The notes beneath the pieces were generated by a model. The model did not search any database. It saw only the letters and a program-made list of their open reading frames with translations, and had not been told where the DNA came from. A program made the position numbers and the translations under genes. From contig NC_087437.1 of NCBI RefSeq assembly GCF_036321535.1, positions 69,070,001 to 69,134,000 on the forward strand: a DNA stretch of 64,000 bases, written 5' to 3'. This DNA comes from Camelus dromedarius (Eukaryota). How positions within the stretch are numbered: the first letter of the stretch is position 1; each line of letters begins with the position of its first letter. Below, piece by piece: positions 51,001-64,000 of this stretch.

Positions 51001-54000
51001 ACAAAGGAATCCAAACACAGCATCAAATCAATAGAGAAAAGAATAAAAGAAAGGGGGGAAAGATCTACAAAAACAACCCCAAAACAATTAACAAAATGGC
51101 AATAAGAACATTCATATCAGCAATTACTGTAAATGTAAATAAATGAAATGCTCTAATCAAAAGACTTACAGTAAATGAATGGATACAAAAATAAGACCCA
51201 CATGCATGCTGCCTACAAGAAACTCACTTCAGATCTAAAGACACACACAGACTGAAAATGAAAAGGCACAAAAAGGTATTCCATGCAAATGGAAATCAAA
51301 GGAAAGCCAGGGTAGCAATACTCATATCACACAAAATAGACATTAAAATAAAGACTGTTATAACTGACAAAAAAAAAAAAAAAAGACATTACATGATGAA
51401 CAAGGGATCAATCCAGGAAGAAAATAAAATAATTCTAAATCTATATGTACCCAACATAGGAGCAGCTGAATGCAAAAAGCAAATATTAACAGAAATACAG
51501 GGGGAAATCAACAGTAAAACAATAAAAGGGGAATTTAACACCCCACTTACATCAGTGAACAGATCATCCAGACAGAGAACTAATAATGAAACACTGGCCT
51601 TAAATGACACATTAGACCAAATGGACTTAGTAAATACATATAGGACAGTTCATTCAGAAGCAGCAGAATACATATTCTTTTCAAGTGCACATGGACACCA
51701 GGATAGATCACATGGTAAGCCACAAGACAAATGTTGGTAAATTTAAGAGAACTGAAATCATATCAAGCATCTTTTCCAACCACAATGCTATTAGACTAGA
51801 AATAAACTACAAGAAAAAAACGGTAAACAATACAAACACGTGGAGGCTAAACAATATGCTGCTAAAAACCAATGAACCTGTGAAGAAATCAAAATACCTG
51901 GAGACAAATTAAAATGAAAACACAATGATCCAAAACCTATGGGATGCAGCAAAAGAAGTTCTAACAGAGACATTTATAGTGATACAAACTTACCTCAGGA
52001 AATTAGAAAAGTCTAAAATAAACAACCTGACCTTATGCCTTAATGAACTAGAGAAAGAAGAACAAACAAAACTCAAAATTAGCAGAAGGAAAGAACAAAG
52101 ATCAGAGCAGGGAAAAAAAATGAAATAGAAACAAAAAAGTAGAAAAGGTCAATTAAACTAAAAGCTGGCTCTTCGAAAAGATAAACAAAATTGATAAACA
52201 TTCAGCCAGAATCATCAAGAAAAGAAGGGAGAGGGCTCAAATCAATAAAATCAGAAATGAAAAAGGAGAAGTTAAAACCAACACCATAGAAATACAAAGG
52301 ATAAGAGACCACTATGAGCAACTATATAGTAATAAAATGGACAACCTAGAAGAAATGGACAAATTCTCAGAAAGGTACAATCTCTCAAGACTGAACAAGG
52401 AAAAAACAGAAAATATGAACAGACCAATTATCACTACTAAAATTGAACCAGTAATTCAAAAACTCCCAACAAATGAAAGGACCAGATGGCTTCATAGGTA
52501 AATTCTACCAAACATTTAGAGAAGAGTTAACACCTATCCCTCTTAAACTATTCCAAAAATTGTCAGAGGAAAGAATGCTTCTGAATTCATTTTACAAGGC
52601 CAGCATCAGCCTGATACCAAAACCAGACAAAGATATCACAAAAAAAGAAAATTGCTGGCAGATACCACTGATAAAAATAGATGCAAAAATCCTCAACAAA
52701 ATATAAGCAAACTGAATCCAGCAAAACATCAAAATGATCACATACTATGATCAAGTGAAATTTATCCCAGTGATGCAAGAGTTTTTCAACATCTGCAAAT
52801 CAACATGATATACCACATTGATAAATTGAAAAATAAAAATCTTATTATCATCTTAATAGATGCAGAAAAAGCTTCTGACAAATTCAACATCCATTTATGA
52901 TAAAAACTCTCCAGAAAGTGGGCATAGAGGAAACATGACTCAACATAATAAAGGCCACATATGACAGGCCTACAGCTAACATCATAGTGGTGAAAAACAA
53001 AGTATTTCCTCTATGATAGGGAAAAAGACAAGGATGGCCATTCTCACCACTTTCATTCAACATAGTATTGGAAGTCCTAACCACAGAAATTAGACAAAAG
53101 AAATAAAAAGCATTCAAATTGGAAAGAAAGAAGTAAAACTGTCAATGTTTGCAGATGATTTGGTACTATATTTAGAAAATCCTAAAGGCACCACCAAAAA
53201 ACTCCTGTAGCTCATCAGTGAATTAGGTGAACTTGCAGGACACAAAATTAACCTACAGAAATCTGTGGCATTTCTATACACTAACAAATTATGAGAAAGA
53301 GAAATTATGAAACAACCCCATTTACCATCCCATCAAAAAGTATTATAAAGTATGTATGAATAAACCTATTTAGCAAAGTAAAAGACCTGTGCTTGAAAAA
53401 CTTTAAGACACTGATGAGAGAAATTAAAGATGACACAAATAGATAGAAAGATACATTAATATGTTAAAATGACCACACTACCAAGGGAATCTACAGATTC
53501 AATGCAATCCCTATTAAAATACCAAGGACACTGTTCACAGAACTTAAACAAATAATTTAAAAATTTGTATGGAATCACAAAAGACCCCAAATAGCCAAGA
53601 CAATCTTGAGAAAGAAGAACAGAGCTGAAGAAATCATGCTACCTGATTTCAGACAGATGCTATAGGAATCAAAACAGTGTGGTATTAGCACAAAAACAGA
53701 CACATAGATCAGTAGAATAGACTAGAGAACCCAGAAATAAACCTACACCCTTATTGTCAACTAATCTAAAAAAAGGAAGTAAGAATATAGAGTGGAGTAA
53801 ACACAGTCTCTTCATTAAGTGGTGCTGGGAAAACTGGACAGCTACATATAAAAGAAAGAAAACTCAAACATTCTCTAACAATACATATAAAAAGAAACTC
53901 AAAATAATTTAAGGACCTAAATGTAATAACAGAAACCATAAATAGAAGAAAACATAGGCAGAACACTCTTTGACATTAATTGTAGCAATATTTTGGAGGG

Positions 54001-55091
54001 GCCTATCTCCTAAGGCAGAAAAAAAACCAAAATAAACAAATGGGGCCTAATTAAACGCAAGAGCTTTTGCACAGCAAACCATCAACAAAACTAAAGACAT
54101 ACTCTATAGGAGGAAATTTTTGTGAATGATGTGACTGATAACGGGTTAATATGCAAAATATACAAACAGCATGTACAATTCAACATTAAAAAGAAAAACA
54201 ACCTGAATAATAAATGGGCAGAAGACCTGAATAGAAACTTTTCCAAGACATAAAGATGGCCAATAAGCACATGAAAAAGATGCTCAATGTGGTTAACTGT
54301 GGGAGAAAGGCTAATTAATACCACAATGAAATAAGACTTCACCTTTGTCAGAATGGCTATCATCAAAAAGAGCACCCTGGAGAACAGGGAACCCTTTTTC
54401 ACTGCTGATGAAAATGCAAACTGGTATAGCCACTATGGAAAACAGTATGGAAATTTCTCCAAAAAAACTAAAAATAGAACTATCATATGACCCAGCAATT
54501 CCACTCCTGGGTATTTATACCCACCCCCAAAAAGAAAACAATATTTTGAAAAGATACATGCACCCCAATGTTCATAGTAGCATTATTTACAATTGCCAAG
54601 ATATGGAAGCAACCTAAGTGTCCATCGACAGATAAATGGATAAAGAAGTTGTAATATACATACACAATAGCATACTACTCAGCCATTAAAAAATTGCCAT
54701 TTGCAACAACATGGATGGACTTGGAGTGTACTATGCTAAGTAAATATTAAGTCAGACAGAGAAAGACAAATACTGTATGATACCACTTATATGTGGAATC
54801 AAAAAAAAAATCTAACTGGTGAATAAAGAAACAGACTCTAAGATTGAGAGAACAAACTAGTGGTTAGCAGTGGGGAGAGGAAAGAGGGGAGGAGCAGGAT
54901 AGCGTAGGGGATTAAGAGGTATAAACTACTATGCATAAAATAAATAAGATTCAAGGATACATTGTACAACACAGGGAATATATCCAATATTTTATAATAA
55001 TTAAATATAACCTTTACAAATTGAGAGTCACTTTGTTGTATACCTGAAACATAATATTGCACACCAACTACCCTTCAATTAGAAAAAAAAT
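48100..55091 (+). mobile_element. Older full-length (~7 kb) L1 with a distinct 5'UTR; ORF1 ~49750-50651 and ORF2 ~51096-54800, both degraded
   Basis: Start ...gtggagtagaaagaccctgaacttacctcctct. ORF1 (WISELEDR, LRDLWDNIK, LQARREW), EN (HANGNQRKARVAILIS), FADD at ~53148, 3'UTR and A-tail. Confidence 0.95.
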
Positions 55092-55611
55092 AATGTGCAG
55101 GGTGTTTGGTTTGTTTTTACTTTCAAAGGTTCACCCATGTATTCCCTGCTGCAAATAGTCTGCACATGTAGAAGCCTAAAAAATACAGTTCATTGACCTT
55201 GGCATCCCAACTCCAATGGGCATTTTTGTTCCTTTAGTAGGCAATGTTTCTGTTTATGTTTAATAAGTAACCACAAGGTCCCACTCCCTCAGACCACAGT
55301 ATTGCTCCTACATTTTGGCAGCTACATCTTGAAGATTTGGTATGTCTTTAAATTTCATTAATGAATCCACACATTTCTTACTGTTGTCCCCTTGGACATC
55401 TTATTGAATTTCACAGAAGTTCTTAGGATGCAGACACTTTAGCACCAATATTTTATTGCTATTTAAGGTTCATTTGTTGGATTTAAGATTCTATGGCCAA
55501 GTCCTCCCCTCCCTTTCCCACCCAAACTAGTGTTTCTCTATGCTCAAAGTATTTGGAAGGCCTATTTTTAATCCCAACACCTAGAAAATTACCCTTAGAT
55601 AGTTTACCCAC

Positions 55612-55855
55612 AGAAGATACAATAAAGCATGGTGGTTAAGAGCTCAGTTTGGGGACACAGACTGAACTGAATATTCACCACTGCTGTGTATAAAATATGT
55701 CACCTTGGAAAAGTTCCTTGACCTCTCCAGTTCCTTCCTCATTAGCACCACCTCATGTTTATTACTTTCATTAAATGAGACAATGCTATAAGACACTTAG
55801 TACAAGGCTGGTGCATGTTAGGTGCTTAATACATAATAGCTACACTTATTATTAA
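55612..55855 (+). mobile_element. MIR SINE
   Basis: agcatggtggttaagagc...caccttggaaaagttccttgacctctc...cattaaatgagacaatgctataagacacttagtaca. Confidence 0.85.
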
Positions 55856-56439
55856 CTATAGCCAGCATTGTAGTCCCAAAATATGTTCCCTAAAACCCTC
55901 ATTAGTACCTGAAATATCTTCTTTATTATAATGCTTAGGCTTAAGACACTGCATCTAAATACACTAAAGACACTGCGTTGAATAGTAATACAATATCATC
56001 CAACTAATGTGGTTTAATTTGTTGTAATAGCTGATTTTTACCTCACTTTTGAACACAAAGTAATATTAAAAAGCAGACAAACATGATAAAAAGATGAGGC
56101 TGAAGGACACAGAAAGTCAAGAACATGAGTGAGAGTGGAAGAGAACAGGACTTGGAGGCAAGTGCAGCAACTGAGCTGTGGAAACTCAGCAAGGCCAGGG
56201 TGTCTAGAGTGCAGATTTACTTTCCTTCCTATTCTCTGCTCTCTCTACTTTTCTTGAAATCCAAGCAGTATTGCCTAATCCAAAATACTCTTATGAAACA
56301 CAGGAGACCTGATGTTTCTAAATTATAGTAAAATTTAGTGTATTGATGACAATAATCACTTTGAATTTTAACAATACAGGTAAATACATATATGTTATTA
56401 AGTTAATGTTAATTGCCTATCAAGTCCCCATAAATAATA

Positions 56440-56690
56440 AAATTTGGGTAACACAAGCCCTTAACTTAGAAATACTGAACTCTAATTCTAGCCCAGACAC
56501 ATACTGTGAATACAATTCAGGGACGGTGAAACTGAGCCTCAGTCGTTTCTCACCATAAAAAGGGAATAACAGTTTTCCCCTGCAGGGTTTTTATGAAACC
56601 ATGCACATGACAGTACAAGACTGTATGTGGAGATACGTAGTACAGTGCATGACACATTGTGCTTTTTCAACAAATGTCATTATCCATCTG
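56440..56690 (+). mobile_element. MIR SINE
   Basis: tctaattctagcccagacac...ctgagcctcagtcgtttctcaccataaaagggaataacag. Confidence 0.65.
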
Positions 56691-57203
56691 TCTGACACTA
56701 AATTCTATACTCTTCTTACTGTTCCATGGGAAGATGCACCATTATTGCATCATTCAAACTTCTAAGTTGAGAAAACAGCTTGCATCCTCACCTACATCCT
56801 AGACTTCTCTTTTTACCTGTCTGTCCATCTATCATCCTACTCATTCATTTTTTTGATTAATTTGCTATTTGTGAACCTGCATTATGTTCTTTTTACATGT
56901 GAGGTGGTGCTATTGAGGAAGGAACTGAAGAGGTCAAAGAGCTTTCCGAAGGTGACATATTTTATATAGCACTTTCTTTTCGTCAAAATACTTGACATTT
57001 TCAAAAAGTGGTTATGAGCATGAAAAGATTCTAACTGTCAAAATCTTGAACTTCTACTCACTATCAGAATATTAGACTGCTGATACACATTCTCTATACA
57101 AAGCTGGCCCTTCCTGAAAATGTCAGAAGAAACAGACAACCCATCAATGGTTATTTACTGCTTTTTACACTTATTAAGAACTATAACCCAACTAAAGATG
57201 GGT

Positions 57204-57592
57204 GTGTAATAGGTAGGGCATGTTAGACTGTAATAGCAATAGTTTAACAGACTAGACATGCCTGGATAGGTATTCATATGAGCAGAAACATTCTACTCCA
57301 AATATTCATTAAGGGACCAAGTTCCTTCTATCTTGTAGTTTCACCATCCCATAGAGCCATGTCATCATAAATACCTAGCCAGAGAAATAAAAAATGCAAT
57401 CATGGAGGAGAAGCACCACATTTTATAATAGCCTTGGTCTTACAGTGACCCACATAGCATTTGCTCATATCTATTGGCAAGACAAAGTCATACAGATACA
57501 CTTAGCTACAAGGGGAGGTTCCTAGTTACAATCCTATTACTGAAGGAGAAAATATAATGGAATTCAATAGACAGTGAGAGATCACTGCCACA
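57204..57592 (-). mobile_element. Old MaLR solo LTR (MLT1J/K-like)
   Basis: cattaagggaccaagttccttctatcttgtag...gctcatatctattggcaagacaaagtcat...cttagctacaagggga...ctgccaca. Confidence 0.75.
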
Positions 57593-58057
57593 GTGTGTAT
57601 TTCTATTGTATTTCTGTTTACTCTAAAACAGTAACTTTCTACTCTATTGATACTTACTCTATTTTGCTGAAGAATCCCTCAAGGAATAGTAATTTAAATC
57701 CTGCCTGTTCCCAAATGGATAATATGTTATTTGGGAGTGTGGGTGGTATTAGTTGTAGAGGGGGGATGATCTTTCTTAATGTAATTTTAAATAACAGACC
57801 CAATTTAGTGCAGCACCAGCAAAGTATTCAATTAAAATCACATTATTAAAATAAAAATTAATGTTCTGTTGCTGAACTGCTTGGCTGAATGCACCAATTA
57901 AAAGTTTTCTTATCTTCCTGACCCCTCTCCAATCTTTCTGAGGAAGAAAAAGACATACACATAAACACACAAGCACAACTGTCTGACTAAACTGAGACTA
58001 GGACTTGCTCAATCACAAGCTAGCACTGAGCAGAGCTGAGGTAGAATAAATAATTCT

Positions 58058-61000
58058 GGGGAGGTCGGATCAAGATGGTGGAGTAGGAGAATGTGAAACT
58101 CACCTACCCCTATAAACACATCAAAAATACATCTACATGTGAAAAATTCTCCTGGAAAACAAACGAGAAACTGGCAAACAAACAAACAAACAAACCTCCT
58201 ATGCAATCAAAGCTGCAAGAAAGATTTCCACATAACCAAGTACAATGGAAAAAAGGCACAGGGTTAGGACCTCCCTGGGAGGGATCTGAAGGGAACATAA
58301 GGTCCTCATGGGAAGGCTTTTGTACTATTGAGCAAGTGGGTTGAGCCACAGCATGGGCATCCCAGTCCTGGAGTCCTATGTGAAACGGACAAACCCCCTT
58401 GACTTCTGAGAGAACTTCTGGGACAGGCAGAAAGGCTGGAGAAGCCTAGATTCCACTCTCAAAGAATGCGTGGATACTGGCTTGCCAACAAACGGTGGAG
58501 AGAGTTCTGCACTTCACTAAGCTCCCAAATTTAAGTGGGATGAAAGCCCCAGCTCCACACATTCCATACCACAGCTAGGCTCAGGATCTGGGCCAACAGG
58601 GCCCTAGGAAAAGACTCAACTAATTATGCAGAGACAGATCTGGGTGGAGTGATGGCAGCCACTATCAGCACTCTCATGAACCACCAGGTTTCCCATGCAC
58701 CCCAGCCCAGCCCATTCCACATAGAAGCTTAGCCCTAGATCAGAGGCAGACAGGTCCTGGGGGAAGTCTGCCACAGAGGCAGCCCAGATCTCTGGCAAAA
58801 CAAGAGCCACCTTAATACCTGTAGCCACAACAATGTGGCCCCCTGCCCCAGCCATTCGACACCACAGCACTGCACTAGATCTGGGATGATTACAACAGAG
58901 GAAGGGAATGTGACCTTGGGTTGCTTCTGAGGTGAGCTGCAGACACCTATACAGGCAGCTCACAGGAACTCTTTTGAGTGCACAAGTCTCAGTTCAGCAC
59001 TTCCCTCCTTTGAGGCAAAGGCCACAGTATGGAGAGAAGGAAAAACACACACTTAAAGGGAACACAGCCATCTTGAGCCCCACCCGCAGGGCTTCTGCTC
59101 CAGCAACTAGGGAGCAGACCCTACAGCTGACAGGATGGTGACAGGTCACAAAGCAGGGTGAAAGTCCTGCCTCATATCCTGTGCAGGCTTTAGAGCCTAT
59201 ACACTAACTACATCCCCTATCAAGGTGATATCAGCCAGCACATCCTCAGGAAAGACATAACTGGTGTTCCCATCAAAACCAATCCTTGCACCAAACACAC
59301 TGGGTAGATACACTCTATATAGGAATGCTCTCACATTAAAAACACCCTATCAAAACGACAGAGGATAATGTTTTCTCCTAAATTCATAGACAGAGAAAGT
59401 TAATGAAAATAAAAAGGCAGAGGGACTACTCCCAACTGAAAGGGCAAGAGAAAACCCCTGAAAAAAACAATGAAACAGAGATCATTAGTCCACCAGCAAA
59501 CAAATTTTAAAAGGTGGTAATAGAAATGCTACCTGAATTAACAAAAATTATCAATATAGATGTAAAATATTTTAACAAAGAACCAGAAGCTATAAAGATG
59601 ACCCAAACAAAAATTGATAATTCAATTACTGAGATAAAAAGCAATCTAGAAGCAATGAATAGCAGACTAAATACCAGAAGAATGAGTAAGAAATCTGGAA
59701 GACAAAATAATAGAAATCACCCAATCAGAACAGCAGATAGAAAGACAAATATATAAATAAAGAAAGCAATATATAAGATCTATGGGCCAATATAAAATGT
59801 GCCAGCCTACACATAATAGGAGTTCCAGATGGAGAAGAGAGATAGAAGAGAATTGAAAATGTATTTGAAGAAATTATGACTGATAAATTCCTAAACGTAA
59901 AGAAGGAAACAGATATCCAGGTACAGGAAGCAGAGAGTTTCAAACAAGAGGAACCTGAACAGAACTGCATTAAGATATACCACAATAAAAATGGCAAAAA
60001 AGTGAAAGAAAAGTAAAGGGAGGATTCTAAAGGCAGCAGGAGAAAAACAAAGAGTTATATAAATCTCCATAAGGCTGTCAGCTGATTTCTCTGCAGAAAC
60101 TTTGCTGGTCAGAAGGAAGTGGCATGATATATTCAAATTCCTGAAAGGAAAAACCTGCAGCCTAGGAAAGGTTCTGCTACCCAGAAAGACATTCATTAAG
60201 AATAGAAGGAGAGATAAAGAATTTCTCAAACAAGCAACAACTAAAAGAATTCAGCAATACTAAACCTATATTAAAAGAAATGTTGAAGGGTGTTCTCTAA
60301 ATAGAAGAGAAGCAACAATCTATAGAAATGGGAAAGTTCCAACAGGACAGGCAAATATACAGTAAGGATTGAAGATTACTTAAGTAAGCCAGTATGTAGT
60401 TTAAAAAACACACATGCACAAATGTAAAACTAACTAACTACAATAAACAGTAAAAAGATAAGCATTAAGATGTAAAATAGGACATTAAAACACAAAATGT
60501 GGGGAATTGGAGTAAAAAATGTAGATCTTTTAGAAGTTGTTTGAACTTGAATGATTATTAGTTTAAAGCAAGTAGTTATAATTATTGGTCAATATTCATT
60601 AACCCTATGGTAACCACAAATCAAAAGCCTACAACAGATGCACAGAAAACAAAAAGGAACTCAAGCGGTCTACAAAAGAAAATCATTAAAACACAATAGG
60701 AAAAACAAAAAGAAAGTAAATCTATAAAAACAGTTGGAAAAGAAGAAACAAAATGGAAATAAGTGCATACCTCTCAATAATTACTCTGAATGTCAATGGA
60801 CTAAATGTTCAAATCAAGACAGAGGGTGGCTGATTGGATGAAAAAATACCCTTCAAAACAGTGAATATAAGAGACAGTTCACAGCAAAAGACAGACTGAA
60901 AGTGAAGCGATAGAAAAAGATACTTCATGCAAACAAAGAATAAGAAAGCAGGGGTAGCAATACTCATATAAAACAAATTAGACTTTAAAATAAAGGCTAT

Positions 61001-64000
61001 AACAAAAGACAGAGAATGATATCATATAATAATAAAGAGATCAATACAAGAAGAGGTTGTTACACTTGTTATCATATATACACCCAATACAGGAGCCTCC
61101 CTCTATATAAAGCAAACACTAAGAAACTTAAAGGGAGAAATTGACAATAATAACAATAGTAGGAGACTTTTAACACCCCACTGACATCAATAGACAGATC
61201 ATCCAAAAAGAAAAATCAGTAAAGCAACAGAGGTTTTAAATGGCATAGTAGACCAGTTGGACTTAATTGACATCTACAGGATATCACATCCAAATAAAGC
61301 AGAATACATATGTTTTTTTCAAGATAAAACATTCTCCTGGATAGAACACATACTAGGTCACAAAACAATCCTCAACAAATTTAAGGACAGAAACTATTTC
61401 AAGCACATTTTCTGATCACAACAGCATGAAACATGAAACCAACCACAGAAAGAAAAATGGGAAAATAACAAACGCATGAAGACTAAATAGCATGCTATTA
61501 AAAAAATCAATGGGTTAACAATGAAATGTAAGAGGAAACCAGAAAATACCTCGAGACAAATGAAAACAACTTTACAAAATTCTATGGTATGCAACAAAAG
61601 TATCTCTAAAGAGATTTTCACAACAATACACACCTTCAGGAAACAGGAAAATTCTCAAATGAAAATCTAACCTACCACCTGAAATAATTAGAAGCAGAAA
61701 AACAAATGAAGCCCAAAGTCAGCATAAGGAAGGAAATAATAAAAATCATAGAGGAAACAAATAAACTCTTTTTAAAAAAATAGAAAAAGATCAATGAAAC
61801 CAAGAGCTGGTCTTTTGAAAAGGTCAACAAATTTGACAAACCTTTGCCAAGCTCACCAAGAAGAAAAGAGAGAGAATCTAAATAAACAACATGAGAAATG
61901 AAAGAGGAAAAATAATAACCAGTATCACAGAGAAACAATAAATCATTAGAGAATACTATGAACAGTTATATGCCAACAAACTGGACAACCTATGAGAAAT
62001 GGACACATATCTGGACATATACAGCCTGCCAAGACTGAGTCAAGAAGTAACAGACAATTTGAACAGACCAATCACTAGACATGAAATAGAATCTGTTAAA
62101 AAAAAAAAAAGAAATCTCCCTGCAAGTCCAGGACAGGACGGCTTCACTGAGGAATTCTACCAAACATGTAAAGAACTTCTAAGCAGCCTTCTCCAACTTG
62201 CTGAAAAAGTTGAAGAGGAGGTAACACTTTAAAATTTATTTTACAAAGCCACAAGTAGCCTGATACAAAAATCAAACAAAGACACTATAAAAAAGAAAAT
62301 TATAGGACAATATCTTTGACAAATATAGATGAAACAGTCCTCAACAAAATATTAACAGAGTTCAATAATACATAAAAAGGATCATAGGCTATGATCAAAT
62401 TGGATTCATTCCAGAGTCACTCAGATGGTTCAAATAAAAAAAAAATCAATGTAATACACCATATTAAAAAAGGAAGATGAAAAACACATGATCATCTCCA
62501 TAGATGAAGAAAAAGCACTTGATGAAATTCAGCATCCATTCATGAGAAAAACTCTCACCAAAGTGGGTATAGAGAAAACAGATCTCAACATAATTAAGGC
62601 CATTTATGACAAATTCACAGCCAACATAATACTCAACAGTGAAAAGCTGAAAACATTCCTGCTAAATTCAAGAAAAAGGTAAGGATGCCCACTCTCACCA
62701 CCACTACTTAACATAGTATTGGAAGTCCTAGCCACAGCAATCAGATAAGGTTATAGAAATTGGAGGGGAAGAGGTAAAACTGTCACCATTTGCAAATGAC
62801 ATGGTACTCTATATAGAGAACCCTGAAGGCTCCACACAAAAAAACTATTAGAACTAGTAAATGAATTCAACAATGTAGCAGGATACAAGATATTAAGAAA
62901 TCTGTTTCATTTCTTTACACTAATAATAAAATATTGTAAAGAGAAAGTAAAAAAGAATCCCACTTGAACTTTTGTCAAAAATATAAAATACCTAGGAATA
63001 AACAACCAAATAGGTGAAACATCTATACTCTGGAAACTATAAAACACTCATAAAGGAAACTGAAAATGACTCAAAGAAATGGAAAGATCTCTTGTGCTCT
63101 TGGATTGAAATAATCAGTATGATTAAAATGACCATACTACCCAAAGCAATCCACAGATTTAATGTAATCCCTATCAAAGTACTCAGGATGTTTTTCACAG
63201 AATTAAAACAAATGACCCTAAAATTTATATGAAACCACAAAAAACCAAAAATTTCTAAAGCAATCCTGAGAAAAAAGAATAAAGCTGGTGGTATAACCCT
63301 TCCAGATTTCATACCATGCTACAACGCTACAGTAATCAAAACAGCATAGTACTGGTGCAAAAAGAGATGCATAGATCAATGGAACAGAATAGAGACACAG
63401 AAATAAACCCATAAACCTATGATCAATCTATGACAAAGGAGGCTAGAATATGCAATGGAGAAAAGACAGCCTCTTCAGTAAGCAGTGTTGGGAAAGACAA
63501 GCAGCTCCATGTTAATCAATGAAATTAGAACATTCTTGCACACTATATACAAAAATAAACCCACAACAACCTAAATAAAAGACGTGACACAGTAAAAATT
63601 CTAGAAGAGAACATAGGCCAAACATTCTCTGACATAAATCATAGCAATATTTTCTTAGATCAACCTCACAAAACAGTGGAAATAGAAGCAAAAATAAATA
63701 AGTGGAACCTAATTAAACTTAAAAGCTTTTGTACAGCAAAGGAAATTACCAACAATAAGAAAAGACAACCTACTGAATGGGAGAACATATTTGCAAATGA
63801 TGTGACCAACAAACTGTTAACATCCAAAATATACAAACAGCTCATACTCAATATCAAAACAAACAATCCAGTGAAAAAACAGGCAGAAGACTTGAGTATA
63901 CATTTTTCCAAGATGACAGATGGCTAACAGGCACATGAAAAGATGCTCAAGGTTGCCATTAGAGAAACACAAATCAAAACTACAATGAGATATCACCTCA
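58058..64000 (+). mobile_element. Older L1 with full 5'UTR, running off the window end; ORF1 ~59403-60300 and ORF2 from ~60753, both degraded
   Basis: Start gatcaagatggtggagtaggag. ORF2 fragments ([55 protein letters not shown]). Confidence 0.95.

Noticed and set aside
37830..55110. TSDs for the 37845 and 48100 L1s and the MLT1 LTR
   Set aside because: The flanks share only short A-rich similarity, which is not convincing.
1..64000. Prokaryotic-type systems (CRISPR, operons, RT-based defence), tRNA or rRNA genes
   Set aside because: The sequence is mammalian repeat-rich DNA. All RT signals belong to LINEs, and I saw no spaced repeat array or structural RNA gene.

Overview
AT-rich mammalian genomic DNA with no recognisable protein-coding gene, RNA gene or CRISPR array. 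About half the window (~33 kb) is LINE-1. This comprises one young full-length but inactivated L1 with a target-site duplication (20957-28282, minus), three older near-full-length L1s (37845, 48100, 58058; plus), a multiply internally deleted L1 (28430-31417), a short twin-primed 5'-inverted L1 (7830-8465) and ancient L1M fragments. The rest is unique sequence with ancient repeats (MIR, L2, MaLR/ERVL LTRs, MER53, MER58). The L1 3' ends resemble camelid L1 as I recall them, and I saw no Alu, BovB/Bov-A, PRE-1 or SINEC, so a camelid origin is my inference. Nearly all listed ORFs are L1 fragments or chance ORFs. I found no convincing new biological system. The best leads are two minus-strand splice-signal cassettes (a 10-nt microexon candidate and a recursive-splice-site/24-nt exon candidate) and several unusual L1 features (YADD motif, mutated YY1 site with retained CpGs, inter-ORF reading frame, deletion mosaics). 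Repeat family names are from memory, not a database search, and ancient-repeat boundaries are approximate.
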